Counted from the first letter of the stretch, positions 43,657-54,103 are shown. The stretch is 64,000 nucleotides of DNA from Candidatus Falkowbacteria bacterium (GCA_043798985.1 JAZDOE010000023.1:3626-67625); one strand, 5' to 3'. Notes: generated by a model from the letters alone, not told the origin. A program made the numbers and translations.

Positions 43657-45804
43657 ATGCTCTCACCACAGCATAAACTCACAATTGAAGAGCTATATTT
43701 ACCCGGCCAGACAACCAATGGCAATTATATTTGCGAAAATTTTATCGTTTATCCGCAGGACAAAGAAAAGTACGGCGGATTTATTTTTGGCATTGTTGAA
43801 ATAAAGGCAACACAAAAAGCAGAGGGCGAAAAAATAATTCAGGCGTTAGTTAATACTGTCAAAGAAAAATATTATCAGCAGATACTGGCGTCTCCACAAC
43901 CACAGCGATTGAATCTGGAAACAATTTTAGAATACGCGCTACAAAAAGCAAACGAAGTTTTGTTGGAAATGGCGCAGATCGGCTACATTACTTGGCGCAA
44001 AGAAAATATAAATTTTATTATTGCAGTTGCAAAGCCAGACATAAAAAGCCATGAAACCAACCTATACTTTACACATCATGGACAAATGAACGCGTCCCTG
44101 ATTCATAGATCATCTCGCGGCGGCTACAAAGCCATTAACATAATTGAAAGCGTAAATGACAAGGACAACCATTCGCAAAAACTCTTTTCTTCAACCATCG
44201 CGGGCAAATTAACGCTACACGACCGCTTTTTAATTGCCACAGAAGCGTTTTCAAATATCATATCCGCATACCAGATTACAAAAATCTGCGATGAATATTC
44301 AATTGCCGGCGCCAAGGATTATTTACGAGCTCTAATTCTGAACAACGCGACTCAAGCCAACTTTTTGACGCACAGCGCGATAATGCTCGGCATGGAAAAA
44401 GAAACGCTCGCAGCAGGACAACCTATCTCGCAACTCTCAATGAATGAACTCATTTCCACGACTAAACATACTGAAAAGCTACTGATGCCCACGATCGCGC
44501 TCAACATAAACGAAAAAATAAGAAGCATTATCAGCCATTTTGGCAAAAAGCAAAAACCATTGCAGCTGCCAATCACTACTCAAAAAACAGCAATTTGGAA
44601 TAGATTTCCATTTGCGATTCTCTATTACATTGTACTCGGCGCGAAAAATCTTTTTGCTTATTTGGCGCAAATTGTCACAGGCAAAAAGAAGTTAAGTTTG
44701 CCTACCATAAAAGCGCCGATAATACAACGCATGACGCTGGTCGCAATCGTTTTGGTTGTCATTGCAATTGCCACCACGATCGGGCTGGTTCAACATCATA
44801 AGACAAACACTTTAAAAGCCGAAGCATATGCCGTGCAGGTTGAAGCCGTAAAATCAAAGTTGAATGACGCTGAATTTGCGCAGATTGCGCAAAATGGAAA
44901 TGATAGCCTCTCAAACGTGCTGGCAGCAGAACAACTGTTAAACCAAATGCCAAATGAAAATAACGATGAGAAAGCCACAAACGAAACACTCGCGACTCAA
45001 ATCACCAATCTTAAAAACAAGTTATTACATATTGAAAAAACTTTGCCGCAAATTTTCACAGAGCCGCTCGTGAATGGACAACCGGTTGTTTTAAGCAGGA
45101 TAGACATTGACGCAAAATCAAACGTTCTCATTGGCATTAGCGGTCAAAATCTTTATTTCATAAACACCGAATCCAAAAATATTGAAAACATTGCCGGCGC
45201 TGACGCAAATATTGCTAATCTATCCTTAGATGAAGGCGTTGCATACGCGCTTACAGATAAAAATGAACTGTGGCAAATTGAAACTGACAAAAAAATCAGC
45301 AAATTAAACTTTTCTTTTTCACAGGCACCGCTAGATTTCGCTGTTTATGGAAATTTGTATTTCATAAACGCGGGTGACAACCAAATTTTTAAAGCGAAAA
45401 AAAATGGCACTACTTTTAGCGAGCCGCAAACATGGCTTAAAATCAATTCGCCGCTTAACCAACCGGTTGATCTAAGCATTGATGGCAACATCTTCGTCGT
45501 AGATTCTGTAAACAAAACCCACAAATTCTACGCAGGAAAAATGGAAAATTTCATGGATACGATTATTGAGCCAAAGCCCCAACAAATAACCAAAGTTTTT
45601 ACATCAGCTGACACAAAATATCTTTATCTGTTTGATCCAGCCGGTAAACGAATCGTTGTGTTAAACAAAGAAGGCGAATTAACAAAACAATATTTATTTG
45701 AAACATTGGACAATATCACAGACTTTACCGTCAACGAAAAAGATAAAAAAATCTATCTGAACGCCGGCAGCAAAATATACCAAGCTGATTTAACGCATTT
45801 ATAA
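43657..45804 (+). CDS. large hypothetical membrane-anchored protein
   Basis: 715 aa; central TM (IVLVVIAIATTIGLV); near-consensus promoter TTGCCA-N16-TATAAT upstream; C-terminal region with beta-propeller-like repeats. Confidence 0.5.
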   Translation: MLSPQHKLTIEELYLPGQTTNGNYICENFIVYPQDKEKYGGFIFGIVEIKATQKAEGEKIIQALVNTVKEKYYQQILASPQPQRLNLETILEYALQKANEVLLEMAQIGYITWRKENINFIIAVAKPDIKSHETNLYFTHHGQMNASLIHRSSRGGYKAINIIESVNDKDNHSQKLFSSTIAGKLTLHDRFLIATEAFSNIISAYQITKICDEYSIAGAKDYLRALILNNATQANFLTHSAIMLGMEKETLAAGQPISQLSMNELISTTKHTEKLLMPTIALNINEKIRSIISHFGKKQKPLQLPITTQKTAIWNRFPFAILYYIVLGAKNLFAYLAQIVTGKKKLSLPTIKAPIIQRMTLVAIVLVVIAIATTIGLVQHHKTNTLKAEAYAVQVEAVKSKLNDAEFAQIAQNGNDSLSNVLAAEQLLNQMPNENNDEKATNETLATQITNLKNKLLHIEKTLPQIFTEPLVNGQPVVLSRIDIDAKSNVLIGISGQNLYFINTESKNIENIAGADANIANLSLDEGVAYALTDKNELWQIETDKKISKLNFSFSQAPLDFAVYGNLYFINAGDNQIFKAKKNGTTFSEPQTWLKINSPLNQPVDLSIDGNIFVVDSVNKTHKFYAGKMENFMDTIIEPKPQQITKVFTSADTKYLYLFDPAGKRIVVLNKEGELTKQYLFETLDNITDFTVNEKDKKIYLNAGSKIYQADLTHL

Positions 45805-45808
45805 CAAA

Positions 45809-45846
45809 CAAAACCCCGCCTCGGCCAAATGACCGGGCGGGGTTTT
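45809..45846. terminator. bidirectional intrinsic terminator; near-identical copy of 12559-12595
   Basis: aaaaccccgcctcggccaaatgaccgggcggggttttt between convergent genes. Confidence 0.6.
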
Positions 45847-45858
45847 TGTTGATAAAAT

Positions 45859-46341
45859 TTATTTTAATGTCACTGTTCCACCTGCCGTTTCAACCTTTTT
45901 CTTAATTTCTTCGGCTTCTTCTTTCTTTACTTTTTCCTTAATCATGCTTGGCGCTCCATCAACTTTGTCTTTTGCTTCTTTCAATCCAAGACCAGTCACT
46001 TCTTTAACGACCTTGATAACGGCAATCTTGTTATTGCCAACAGAAGTTAACTCAACGTTGAATTCTGTTTTCTCTTCAACCGCGGCCGCGCCAGCGCCCG
46101 CAGCTGCTCCAGCTGCCATTGCCATTACTGGCGCGGCCGCTGAAACTCCAAATTTGTCTTCCAAAACTTTGACCAATTCTGAAAGATCCAAAACTGACAT
46201 TTTTTCAATTTCTCCCACTAATTTCGCGAACTTTTCAGGCACAATCACCTCTTTCGTGTCCGCCGTAGCCCCGCCGCTGGCGTGGGCGGAGGTGGATTTT
46301 TCGTCTGCCATAAATTTATTGTTTATTATTTTTAATTGCAT
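45859..46341 (-). CDS. rplL: 50S ribosomal protein L7/L12
   Basis: Ala-rich hinge, C-terminal [27 protein letters not shown] motif. Confidence 0.9.
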   Translation of the reverse strand: MQLKIINNKFMADEKSTSAHASGGATADTKEVIVPEKFAKLVGEIEKMSVLDLSELVKVLEDKFGVSAAAPVMAMAAGAAAGAGAAAVEEKTEFNVELTSVGNNKIAVIKVVKEVTGLGLKEAKDKVDGAPSMIKEKVKKEEAEEIKKKVETAGGTVTLK

Positions 46342-46837
46342 TTAACGCACTGACCAACCCTCTCAAATTTCCAGCCAACACATTGGCAAATCCAGAAATC
46401 GGACCATTCATCGTATAAACCAGCTGAGCCAAAAGCTCCTGCTTGCCCGGCAAACTCGCCAGCTGCTTAATCATTTCCTGATTGATGACCTTGTTTTCCA
46501 AAACTCCCTGCCAAAACTTCACATGCTCTTTTCCTTTTGCAAAATTGACCGCTAGTTTCGCAGGCGCAATTTCATCGCTTCCGAAAATAACCGCCAAACT
46601 TCCTTCTAAGGATGTTGAATCAATTCCCTCAATTCCCTGCTCAATCAACGCGCGCTTAAAAAGCGTCTTTTTCGCCGCGATAACCTCTGCTTTTGCCTCG
46701 CGGCATTTGTTGCGCAAATCTTCAAGTTCGCTTACCTTTAAAGCGTTATAACTTGAAACGACAAAAGATTTCGCCGTTTTGATTTTATTTGCCAATGTCT
46801 TTTGTATAGACTCTTTTTGTTGTTTAGTTTTTGCCAT
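46316..46837 (-). CDS. rplJ: 50S ribosomal protein L10
   Basis: 173 aa; order rplJ-rplL; conserved N-terminal region. Confidence 0.9.
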   Translation of the reverse strand: MAKTKQQKESIQKTLANKIKTAKSFVVSSYNALKVSELEDLRNKCREAKAEVIAAKKTLFKRALIEQGIEGIDSTSLEGSLAVIFGSDEIAPAKLAVNFAKGKEHVKFWQGVLENKVINQEMIKQLASLPGKQELLAQLVYTMNGPISGFANVLAGNLRGLVSALNAIKNNKQ

Positions 46838-46965
46838 AAATTGAAAAAACGGGCTCTTAACCCGCAGACAAAATAAGCATGTGCCTCGGCAAGCCTTTCA
46901 ACGTTTATTCGCTGAAAATTTGAGCTTTTTGCGCTTGCTGTCTACGGTCTTAATTTATAAAAACA
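46838..46965 (-). promoter_or_regulatory. putative rplJ leader (L10 leader-like) with promoter and attenuator-like hairpin+U tract
   Basis: TTGACA-N18-TAAAAT on minus strand ~130 nt upstream; cgggttaagagcccg hairpin followed by tttttt just before ATG. Confidence 0.3.
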
Positions 46966-47025
46966 TTTTAACAAAGAAAAAACCGCTTGTCAATAATTAA
47001 AATCTGGCTAAAATTACGCGCCTTA

Positions 47026-47694
47026 TTACCCAATTTTTGTACCCACAAATTCTTTACCATCCAAAAAATTTTCCAAATTATCGCCATTCATCACAATAAC
47101 TGCGATATTATTTTCTTCAGCGAATTTGCTGGCAATCGGATCAAACGGCAAATTCGCGCCCGGCACCCATTCATTGCCAACAATCTTTTTAAAATCTGCC
47201 CAGCTGATATTTTTTATTGCTTCAGCATCTGGAAACTTTCTCGGATCTTTGGTGTAAACATAATCAATATTGGACAAATTTACAACGCAATCAGCGTTAA
47301 ATTTCTTTGCCAATAAAACCGCGACATAATCGGTTGACCAGCCCGGCTTCCATCCCCCACCAATAATCATGGACTGATCTTCAAACTCAACATCTTCCGG
47401 AGAAAGAAAAATAGAATTCCCAGCTGTTGGCCAAAGCGCCAAACGCAACAACGTTGCGTTTAAGCGCGTCGCGGCGATTCCAACTTCATCTAACGCCGCA
47501 GAGCTCCTATTAAACTGTTTCAATGCTTTTTGATATTTTCTCGCGGCTCCGCCGCCACCAGCAACAATTGCGAACCGGCTGCCAAGCGCTGTTTTCTTTT
47601 CCAAAACATTTTTAATTTTTTTGATAAAATTAACATCAATTTGATCTGGCGCGATTAACGATCCGCCAATTGATAAGACAAATAATTTAGACAT
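47026..47694 (-). CDS. pyrH: UMP kinase, archaeal-type amino-acid-kinase fold
   Basis: LFVLSIGGSLIAP..IDVNFIKKI...FAIVAGGGGAARKY...FN pattern matching archaeal PyrH; 222 aa. Confidence 0.6.
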   Translation of the reverse strand: MSKLFVLSIGGSLIAPDQIDVNFIKKIKNVLEKKTALGSRFAIVAGGGGAARKYQKALKQFNRSSAALDEVGIAATRLNATLLRLALWPTAGNSIFLSPEDVEFEDQSMIIGGGWKPGWSTDYVAVLLAKKFNADCVVNLSNIDYVYTKDPRKFPDAEAIKNISWADFKKIVGNEWVPGANLPFDPIASKFAEENNIAVIVMNGDNLENFLDGKEFVGTKIG

Positions 47695-47708
47695 AGCCGT
47701 TAAAATTC

Positions 47709-47833
47709 GAAATCCGAAATTCTAAATCCGAAACAAATTCCAAACCTGACCACGCCTGCCGGCGGGCAGGAATCCGAATGTTTCAAACATTGAAAAATTA
47801 GTATTTCGGGCTTGTTTCGTATTTCGATATTCG
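47709..47833. mobile_element. MITE-like hairpin repeat, copy B
   Basis: ~85% identical to 22955-23078 including cctgccggcgggcagg core and TIRs; ends ~10 nt before pyrH ATG. Confidence 0.55.
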
Positions 47834-47852
47834 TGCTTCGTGTTTTTTATTA

Positions 47853-49031
47853 TTATTCTAAAATTTTAATTAATTTTTCAGCTTGTTTTGCCCATTGAAA
47901 CTCTTTGCGCGCTCTGGCGTTCGCGCGCTGACCCAGCAAATCAGCGAACTGCCCATCATCAAGCAACCTGCTTATTGCTTTTACAATGTCACCAACATCT
48001 TCGGGATTAACAAGGATGCCTGTTTTATTATGTTCAACAGCTTCACTAACACCACCACTTTTGCCGGCGATTGCAGGTTTACCGCACAATGCCGCTTCCA
48101 GATAAACAATTCCAAAGCCCTCAACATCGCCGTCTGGCAACTCTCTTGATGGCATTATAAAAATATTGGCAATATCATAAAATAACGGCAGCTCATCATT
48201 CCTGACTTTTGTGAACAAATAAACGCTTTCCGCGAGATTCGCGTCTTTTATCCTGCGTTCCAATTTTTCCTGATTCTGTCCACGACCAACAATTAAATAC
48301 ACAAGATCAGGATATTTGTCCCGCAAAAATTGCAACGCGCTGATTACTTGATCATGCCCTTTTCGTTCAACCAATCTGCCAACGGTCAATAGCACTCGGT
48401 TATTTTTAAATTTATCCAGACCCAATCTGCGCACCAACAAATCCGCTGCCCGCGGCATCAAAATTACATTTTCATTTGGACAAGGATAAACAACAATTCT
48501 GCGCTCTGGTAATTTTTCTGTAAAATTTTGAACCAATCCCATTGTAAATTCGCTGTTCGTGATTATAGCGTCTGCCTTGGCCAAAATTTTCTTTGCCAGC
48601 CATTTTTTACGCCAATATAATCCGCATCGCGCAATATCCATTCCATGCAAAGACACGAAATATGGAATACGTAAAAAAAACTTTAATATTAAAGCAATCG
48701 CGGCGCCGGGTAAAATTTGTCCGACGATTATTTGTTCAATTTTTTCCCTGCGGCAAAGTTTCCACGCGTGACGTAAAAATGGCAACCATTTTGGCCAGAT
48801 CCATCCGCCGAGCTTGCCCGACGTAGCCCCATGGGCGAAGGCGGGCCACAAAAGATTATAACGATAAATCAGATATGGCTGGCGCATGTCAAAATCCAAA
48901 GACGACGCTGCCTCCGGCGCCAAAACAACAATATCTTCTCTTGGCAAATTCTTGCACAAATTTGACCAATAAGTCGCAATGCCTCCGACCATTGGCGCAA
49001 AATCCAAAGTTATCAATAACGTTTTCTTCAT
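47853..49031 (-). CDS. GT4-family (GT-B) glycosyltransferase
   Basis: EGFGIVYLEAALCGKPAIAGKSGG EX7E motif. Confidence 0.75.
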   Translation of the reverse strand: MKKTLLITLDFAPMVGGIATYWSNLCKNLPREDIVVLAPEAASSLDFDMRQPYLIYRYNLLWPAFAHGATSGKLGGWIWPKWLPFLRHAWKLCRREKIEQIIVGQILPGAAIALILKFFLRIPYFVSLHGMDIARCGLYWRKKWLAKKILAKADAIITNSEFTMGLVQNFTEKLPERRIVVYPCPNENVILMPRAADLLVRRLGLDKFKNNRVLLTVGRLVERKGHDQVISALQFLRDKYPDLVYLIVGRGQNQEKLERRIKDANLAESVYLFTKVRNDELPLFYDIANIFIMPSRELPDGDVEGFGIVYLEAALCGKPAIAGKSGGVSEAVEHNKTGILVNPEDVGDIVKAISRLLDDGQFADLLGQRANARARKEFQWAKQAEKLIKILE

Positions 49032-49033
49032 AT

Positions 49034-50494
49034 CTAATCTGTCTCTACGGCGTTGGCATGACGGCTAAATATTTCTTTAAAAAACTTAATCTGTTCTTTT
49101 CCAAATCCACGAATTAAATACAACACAATCAAATAAACCGGCGCGGCAATCGCGATAACGATAAAAATATTAATTCTCGTTTTGAGCATCAAAACACAAG
49201 CAAGCATTACTAATCCGCTCAAAACAGTTTTAAACAAAATTTTGAAAAGACGCGCGCCCGAATAGTTGATAATTTGGCGCGCGAAATACAAATTTACAAC
49301 AAACAACAAACCATGACTTATCAAAAACGCGATTGCCGCGCCAACATAAGAAAATTTTGGAATCAACAAAAAATTTAACGCCGCGTTAACGCACATTGTC
49401 GCGCCGTAAAGACTAACGTTCAGCTTTTGTCTGTCACAGGCATTCAACAACGCGCCGATTGGATAATTTAAAAACACAAAAATCATCGCGATTCCTAAAA
49501 TTTTCAAAGCTTCAACTCCGGGTAAATATTCAGCTCCGTAAAATTTAAAAATAATTTCTCCGCTTATGCCCGCGATTCCAATTCCAATTGGCACTGCCAA
49601 AATCGCCAAAACCGACATTGATTCATCAAAAATTCTTTTCAACCGTTCTTTGGCAATAGCAAAACTTTCGCTAAACGCAGGAAATATTGCCGCTGCCAAA
49701 GCTGATGGAATAAAAACCAAGGCAGCCGGTAATTTATACGCCGCGCTATAATAACCTAACGCGGCATCGCCTGCCAAATATGACAATAAAATAGAATCCA
49801 AATACGTATAAACCCTGCTAAAAATACCGATTAATGCAAAAGCAATAGAAACCCGCATCAAACTTTTAATAACAGCGCGCTCCAACTTAGGAATAAGTTT
49901 TAATCCAACTTTTTTGCCTACTAAAATTGCTGAAAAAAACGCGCTCCACAAACTGGCAAAAATAAATGGAACAATCAGATAAACAAGTCCAAGCTTTAAC
50001 CACAAAACGCAAAATCCAATCAACAAAACAATAACCTGATAAATAACAATATTTATTGCTTCATATTTTAAATTTTGTTGGCTACGAAAAACACCCCAAA
50101 ATGACAAAATGAATGAATCCAATACCATCACAATGCCAGACAAATACACCATTGTGCGCACAGTTTCAGAATATCCCAGCAAATTAACTGTCACCACCAA
50201 AATGGCGTAAGTTATCAATGACAAAAACAATTTTGAAGAAAATACCGCTGAAAAATAGCTCTGACTACGCTCTTTATTTTTTGCCATTTCACGAATCAGT
50301 GTCTGACTCAACCCCAAATCAGCAAAAACTCCGAACAACGAAGCAAATGCCATTGCGAACGCGTACTTGCCCAAATCAGAAGCGCCGATTATTCTCGCGA
50401 TTACGATAAAATAAAAAAGGGCAAGAATCTTTTGCCCAATATAAGCGCACGTCAAATAGGTCGTATTGCGAGTAATCCTCCCCATCATAAACAA
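49034..50494 (-). CDS. polysaccharide/oligosaccharide flippase (Wzx/MOP superfamily)
   Basis: 486 aa, ~12-14 TM helices, adjacent to glycosyltransferase. Confidence 0.6.
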   Translation of the reverse strand: MFMMGRITRNTTYLTCAYIGQKILALFYFIVIARIIGASDLGKYAFAMAFASLFGVFADLGLSQTLIREMAKNKERSQSYFSAVFSSKLFLSLITYAILVVTVNLLGYSETVRTMVYLSGIVMVLDSFILSFWGVFRSQQNLKYEAINIVIYQVIVLLIGFCVLWLKLGLVYLIVPFIFASLWSAFFSAILVGKKVGLKLIPKLERAVIKSLMRVSIAFALIGIFSRVYTYLDSILLSYLAGDAALGYYSAAYKLPAALVFIPSALAAAIFPAFSESFAIAKERLKRIFDESMSVLAILAVPIGIGIAGISGEIIFKFYGAEYLPGVEALKILGIAMIFVFLNYPIGALLNACDRQKLNVSLYGATMCVNAALNFLLIPKFSYVGAAIAFLISHGLLFVVNLYFARQIINYSGARLFKILFKTVLSGLVMLACVLMLKTRINIFIVIAIAAPVYLIVLYLIRGFGKEQIKFFKEIFSRHANAVETD

Positions 50495-50501
50495 AAGAAA
50501 A

Positions 50502-50978
50502 TTAGCGCTTGCTCCACTGTGGCGCGCGGCGAGCTCTTTTCAAACCCGGCTTTTTGCGCTCTTTTTTCCGCGCGTCGCGTTTCAAATATCCAGCTTTTTT
50601 AAGGGGCTTTCTAAAATTAAGATTTAAATCAACCAATGCGCGAGAAATTCCATGTCTGATTGCTTCTGCTTGTCCAACTATCCCACCACCAATCACTTTT
50701 ATTGTAATGTCAATTTTATCCAATTGTCCGATTGCCAACAACGGCGCGTTAATAATCTCGCACAAACCAGCATTAAAATATTCCTTAATCGGCTTATCAT
50801 TAACTAAAATCTCGCCTTTGCCATTTTTGTAAAGTCTAACTTTCGCAATCGCTGTTTTTCGACGGCCAACAGCATAAAGATATTCAGACTTTTTCTCCTG
50901 CTTTTCTGGTTTTTCAATTTTTTTTGATTTTGGAGACGATTCATGAATTGTCTCTACCTTACTAGATTTTCTGGGCAT
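50502..50978 (-). CDS. rpsI: 30S ribosomal protein S9 with Lys-rich N-terminal extension
   Basis: GGGIVGQAEAIRHGISRAL, C-terminal KKPGLKRARRAPQWSKR. Confidence 0.85.
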   Translation of the reverse strand: MPRKSSKVETIHESSPKSKKIEKPEKQEKKSEYLYAVGRRKTAIAKVRLYKNGKGEILVNDKPIKEYFNAGLCEIINAPLLAIGQLDKIDITIKVIGGGIVGQAEAIRHGISRALVDLNLNFRKPLKKAGYLKRDARKKERKKPGLKRARRAPQWSKR

Positions 50979-50981
50979 AAA

Positions 50982-51329
50982 TTATTTAATATTCAAACGC
51001 TTAATCATCTTTGCGCGCATTCTATTTGTTGGCAACATATGATAAACAGCATTCCACAAAATAAACTCCGGTTTTTCCGCCAACATTTTTTTCATTTGCG
51101 TTTCGCGCAAACCACCCGGATGACGAGAATGATGATAATAAATTTTTTGTTCAAGTTTATTGCCAGTGAACTTCATTTTAGCGACATTCGTCACCTCAAC
51201 AAAATCGCCTCCGTCAATATTTGCCTGCCATGCAACCTTATGTTTGCCGCGCAACAAAATAGCAATCTGCGAAGCCAATCTTCCCAAAACTTTTCCTTCC
51301 GCGTCAAATTTATGTATTTTCCTATCCAT
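50982..51329 (-). CDS. rplM: 50S ribosomal protein L13
   Basis: 115 aa; rplM-rpsI pair. Confidence 0.85.
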   Translation of the reverse strand: MDRKIHKFDAEGKVLGRLASQIAILLRGKHKVAWQANIDGGDFVEVTNVAKMKFTGNKLEQKIYYHHSRHPGGLRETQMKKMLAEKPEFILWNAVYHMLPTNRMRAKMIKRLNIK

Positions 51330-51331
51330 AC

Positions 51332-51685
51332 TTATACAAATTCTATAATCGCTTTTTTAGCGTTGTCACCAACGCGTCGCGGCGCCAGCTTTATAATTCT
51401 GGTATAACCGCCTTTTCTTTCTTTATATTTGACTGCTAATTCATTGAACACTTTGAAAGCGGCTTTCTCATCTCCAAAAAACGCCAAGAGCTGGCGCCGT
51501 GCTGCTAAAGTCGCCTTCTTTCCAACTGTAATCTGCTTTTCAATAAGCGGCCGCAAAACACGGGCCTTAGCTTCTGTCGTTTCAATTTTTCCTGCCAAAA
51601 CCAAACTTCGCGCCAAACCGCGCAATAACGCGCGACGTGGTCCGATTGCTCTATCTAAAATTTTTCCTGAATCTCGGTGTCTCAT
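51332..51685 (-). CDS. rplQ: 50S ribosomal protein L17
   Basis: MRHRDSGKILDRAIGPRRALLRGLARSL N-terminus. Confidence 0.85.
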   Translation of the reverse strand: MRHRDSGKILDRAIGPRRALLRGLARSLVLAGKIETTEAKARVLRPLIEKQITVGKKATLAARRQLLAFFGDEKAAFKVFNELAVKYKERKGGYTRIIKLAPRRVGDNAKKAIIEFV

Positions 51686-51687
51686 AT

Positions 51688-52398
51688 TTATTTAGAATCT
51701 TTTTTTTCAACTTCTTCTTCGCCTTTGAACAAAGAAAGATGATCTCCCAAAATTTTAATCACCTGCTCAACAGCTTCTTTCGGCGTAATGGTTCCGTCTG
51801 TTTCAATGTTCATTGTCAATTTATCATAGTTTGTAATATCGCCAACGCGCGTATTTTCCACCTGATAACCAACATTAACAACCGGCGTGAACAACGCGTC
51901 AACCATGATTGTGCCGATTTCCAAATCCTGCTTTTTGCGTTCTTCTGTCGGCCAATACCCGCGTCCTTTTTCAACTGTGATTTCCATTTCCAAAACACCA
52001 GCCTTGTCCGAAATTGTCGCAATGTGCAGCTCTGGATTGGCAATCTCAACCGAACTATTTTTCTCAATGTCTTTAGCCGTCACCCTTTTTTCACCTTTTG
52101 CTTTCAATGTTAGCTTTACCGCTTCATCGCTAAAAACTTTTAGCCGCAATCCTTTCAAATTCAAGCAAATTTCCAAAACATCTTCTTTGACATTCGGAAT
52201 CGCGGAAAATTCCTGCGCCACACCGTTAATTTTAACTGCTGTGACAGCCGCACCCGGCAAAGAAGACAACAAAACTCTTCGCAACATGTTGCCAATCGTT
52301 GTTCCATAACCAAAATACAATGGCTCAACAATCAAATTCGCCTTGTTGTTTTCAATCTCTTCGTACCTTATTTTTGATGGCAAGAGAAATTTATCCAT
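51688..52398 (-). CDS. rpoA: DNA-directed RNA polymerase alpha subunit, NTD only (no alpha-CTD)
   Basis: 236 aa; alpha-NTD dimerisation/insert domains; ends in acidic tail immediately before rplQ. Confidence 0.8.
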   Translation of the reverse strand: MDKFLLPSKIRYEEIENNKANLIVEPLYFGYGTTIGNMLRRVLLSSLPGAAVTAVKINGVAQEFSAIPNVKEDVLEICLNLKGLRLKVFSDEAVKLTLKAKGEKRVTAKDIEKNSSVEIANPELHIATISDKAGVLEMEITVEKGRGYWPTEERKKQDLEIGTIMVDALFTPVVNVGYQVENTRVGDITNYDKLTMNIETDGTITPKEAVEQVIKILGDHLSLFKGEEEVEKKDSK

Positions 52399-52425
52399 AA
52401 AAACCCCTCCTTATTTTTAAATATT

Positions 52426-53064
52426 TTATCGTGAATAAAACTCAATAATCGCTTTAATATCAAACGCTGGTCTTTGCTTTTCCAAAGATGGCATTCCAGT
52501 CACCTTGCCAGTTGCTTCCTTCGCATCAAAATCCAACCAATCAACCATCTCCTTATTGTGCCGTGTTTCCAAAAGCTGCGACAAAGTTGGAGACTTTTTA
52601 CTTTTCTCTTTTATGGAAATAACATCATTAAGCTTAACCAAAAAAGATGGAATGGTCACTTTTTTACCATTAACTTTAAAATGCCCGTGATTTACCAGTT
52701 GTCTGGCTTGGCGCCGTGAGCTTCCCAATCCCAAACGATAGATTACATTGTCCAAACGGCATTCCAGCAATCTGAATAATTCGTCTTCGCTGTTTCCTCT
52801 TTTACTTACAGCTTTTTCGTAACATTTAGAAAACTGTGCCTCCAAAATACCATAAACACGCTTTGCTTTTTGCTTCGCGCGCAACTGAATTCCATAACCA
52901 GTAAGCGACGCGCCACCAGATCCTTGTTTCGGGCCATGAACCCCCGGCGCAAAATTTCGCTTAACCATCGCGCACTTTTGAGTATTACAACGATCACCTT
53001 TTAAAAAAAGTTTTAACCCTTCTCGCCTGCATTGCTTGCATTGTGGATCAATATTTCTGCCCAT
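52426..53064 (-). CDS. rpsD: 30S ribosomal protein S4 (zinc-ribbon form)
   Basis: CKQCRREG...C..C zinc knuckle, S4 RNA-binding domain. Confidence 0.85.
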   Translation of the reverse strand: MGRNIDPQCKQCRREGLKLFLKGDRCNTQKCAMVKRNFAPGVHGPKQGSGGASLTGYGIQLRAKQKAKRVYGILEAQFSKCYEKAVSKRGNSEDELFRLLECRLDNVIYRLGLGSSRRQARQLVNHGHFKVNGKKVTIPSFLVKLNDVISIKEKSKKSPTLSQLLETRHNKEMVDWLDFDAKEATGKVTGMPSLEKQRPAFDIKAIIEFYSR

Positions 53065-53069
53065 AATTT

Positions 53070-53528
53070 TTACACTCTTCGTGGCTTACGTTTTCTACAA
53101 CCATTGTGTGGAATCGGAGTAATATCTTTGATTGCTAAAACGTTAAATCCATTAGCGTTTAGCGCGCGGACAGCCGCGTCGCGACCCAATCCCACGCCTC
53201 TCACAAAAACAGACACGTCTTTCAAGCCAAATGGCTGAACTTTATTCGCCGCGTCGCGCACAATAATTGAAGCCGCGTAAGGGGTTGCTTTTTTCGGCCC
53301 CTTAAAACCATTCAAACCAGCGGTCGCCCATGCCAAAACATTACCAGCCGGATCGGTGAAACTTATCATTGTGTTATTGTAAGTTGCCTTAATATAAGCA
53401 CGACCAACAGCTACTTGTCGATATACTTTTTTCTTCTTAGAAGCTCTTGCTACTTTTTTTTCAGCCTTTTCTGCTGTTTCCTTGGTTTCTTTCGCTTCTG
53501 TTTCTTGTTGTTTTATTTCATCCGCCAT
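53070..53528 (-). CDS. rpsK: 30S ribosomal protein S11 with K/E-rich N-terminal extension
   Basis: conserved S11 core (ASFNNTIVT-like ATYNNTMISFTD, GFKGPKKATPYAA). Confidence 0.85.
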   Translation of the reverse strand: MADEIKQQETEAKETKETAEKAEKKVARASKKKKVYRQVAVGRAYIKATYNNTMISFTDPAGNVLAWATAGLNGFKGPKKATPYAASIIVRDAANKVQPFGLKDVSVFVRGVGLGRDAAVRALNANGFNVLAIKDITPIPHNGCRKRKPRRV

Positions 53529-53531
53529 ATA

Positions 53532-53915
53532 TTATGTCTTTTCCAATTTACGCTTACCGCTACCCATTGTTCTTCGCACATTGCCGCGCACTGTGCGGCA
53601 ATTTGTCTTTGTTCGTTGCCCATGAACCGGCAAATGTCTTATATGTCTGATTCCAGTATAACATTTAATATCTTTCAGTCTTTTGATATTGCCCAAAACT
53701 TCGCGCCGCAAATCGCCTTCAACCTTCTCTCCCTTTTCAATTTCATTACGCAGCGCATTTACCTGCTCTTCTGTTAACTCTTTGACCCTCACATTTTCAA
53801 TCTTCAATTTAGCCAAAAGCACTTTTGCCTTTGGGTGACCAATACCATAAACATAAGTAAGCGCGCATGCCACTCTTTTGTTTTCTGGTAAATTCACGCC
53901 AGCAATTCTAGCCAT
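53532..53915 (-). CDS. rpsM: 30S ribosomal protein S13
   Basis: [11 protein letters not shown]-terminus, C-terminal basic tail. Confidence 0.85.
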   Translation of the reverse strand: MARIAGVNLPENKRVACALTYVYGIGHPKAKVLLAKLKIENVRVKELTEEQVNALRNEIEKGEKVEGDLRREVLGNIKRLKDIKCYTGIRHIRHLPVHGQRTKTNCRTVRGNVRRTMGSGKRKLEKT

Positions 53916-53986
53916 AACATTATAAAATTTGGAATTTCTAATTTTAAATTTTTAATCAATTTTAAAATCTGAATTTTTAAACATTT

Positions 53987-54103
53987 TTAACCTTGTCTCT
54001 GTTTGTGTTTGGCCGTTGTTGGGCAAATAACAAATAAGCGCCCTTTTCTGCGCACAATTTTACAATCTTTACAGCGCTTTTTAACAGAAGCTTGCACTTT
54101 CAT
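53987..54103 (-). CDS. rpmJ: 50S ribosomal protein L36
   Basis: translation [38 protein letters not shown]; not in the ORF track (<60 aa). Confidence 0.75.
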   Translation of the reverse strand: MKVQASVKKRCKDCKIVRRKGRLFVICPTTAKHKQRQG

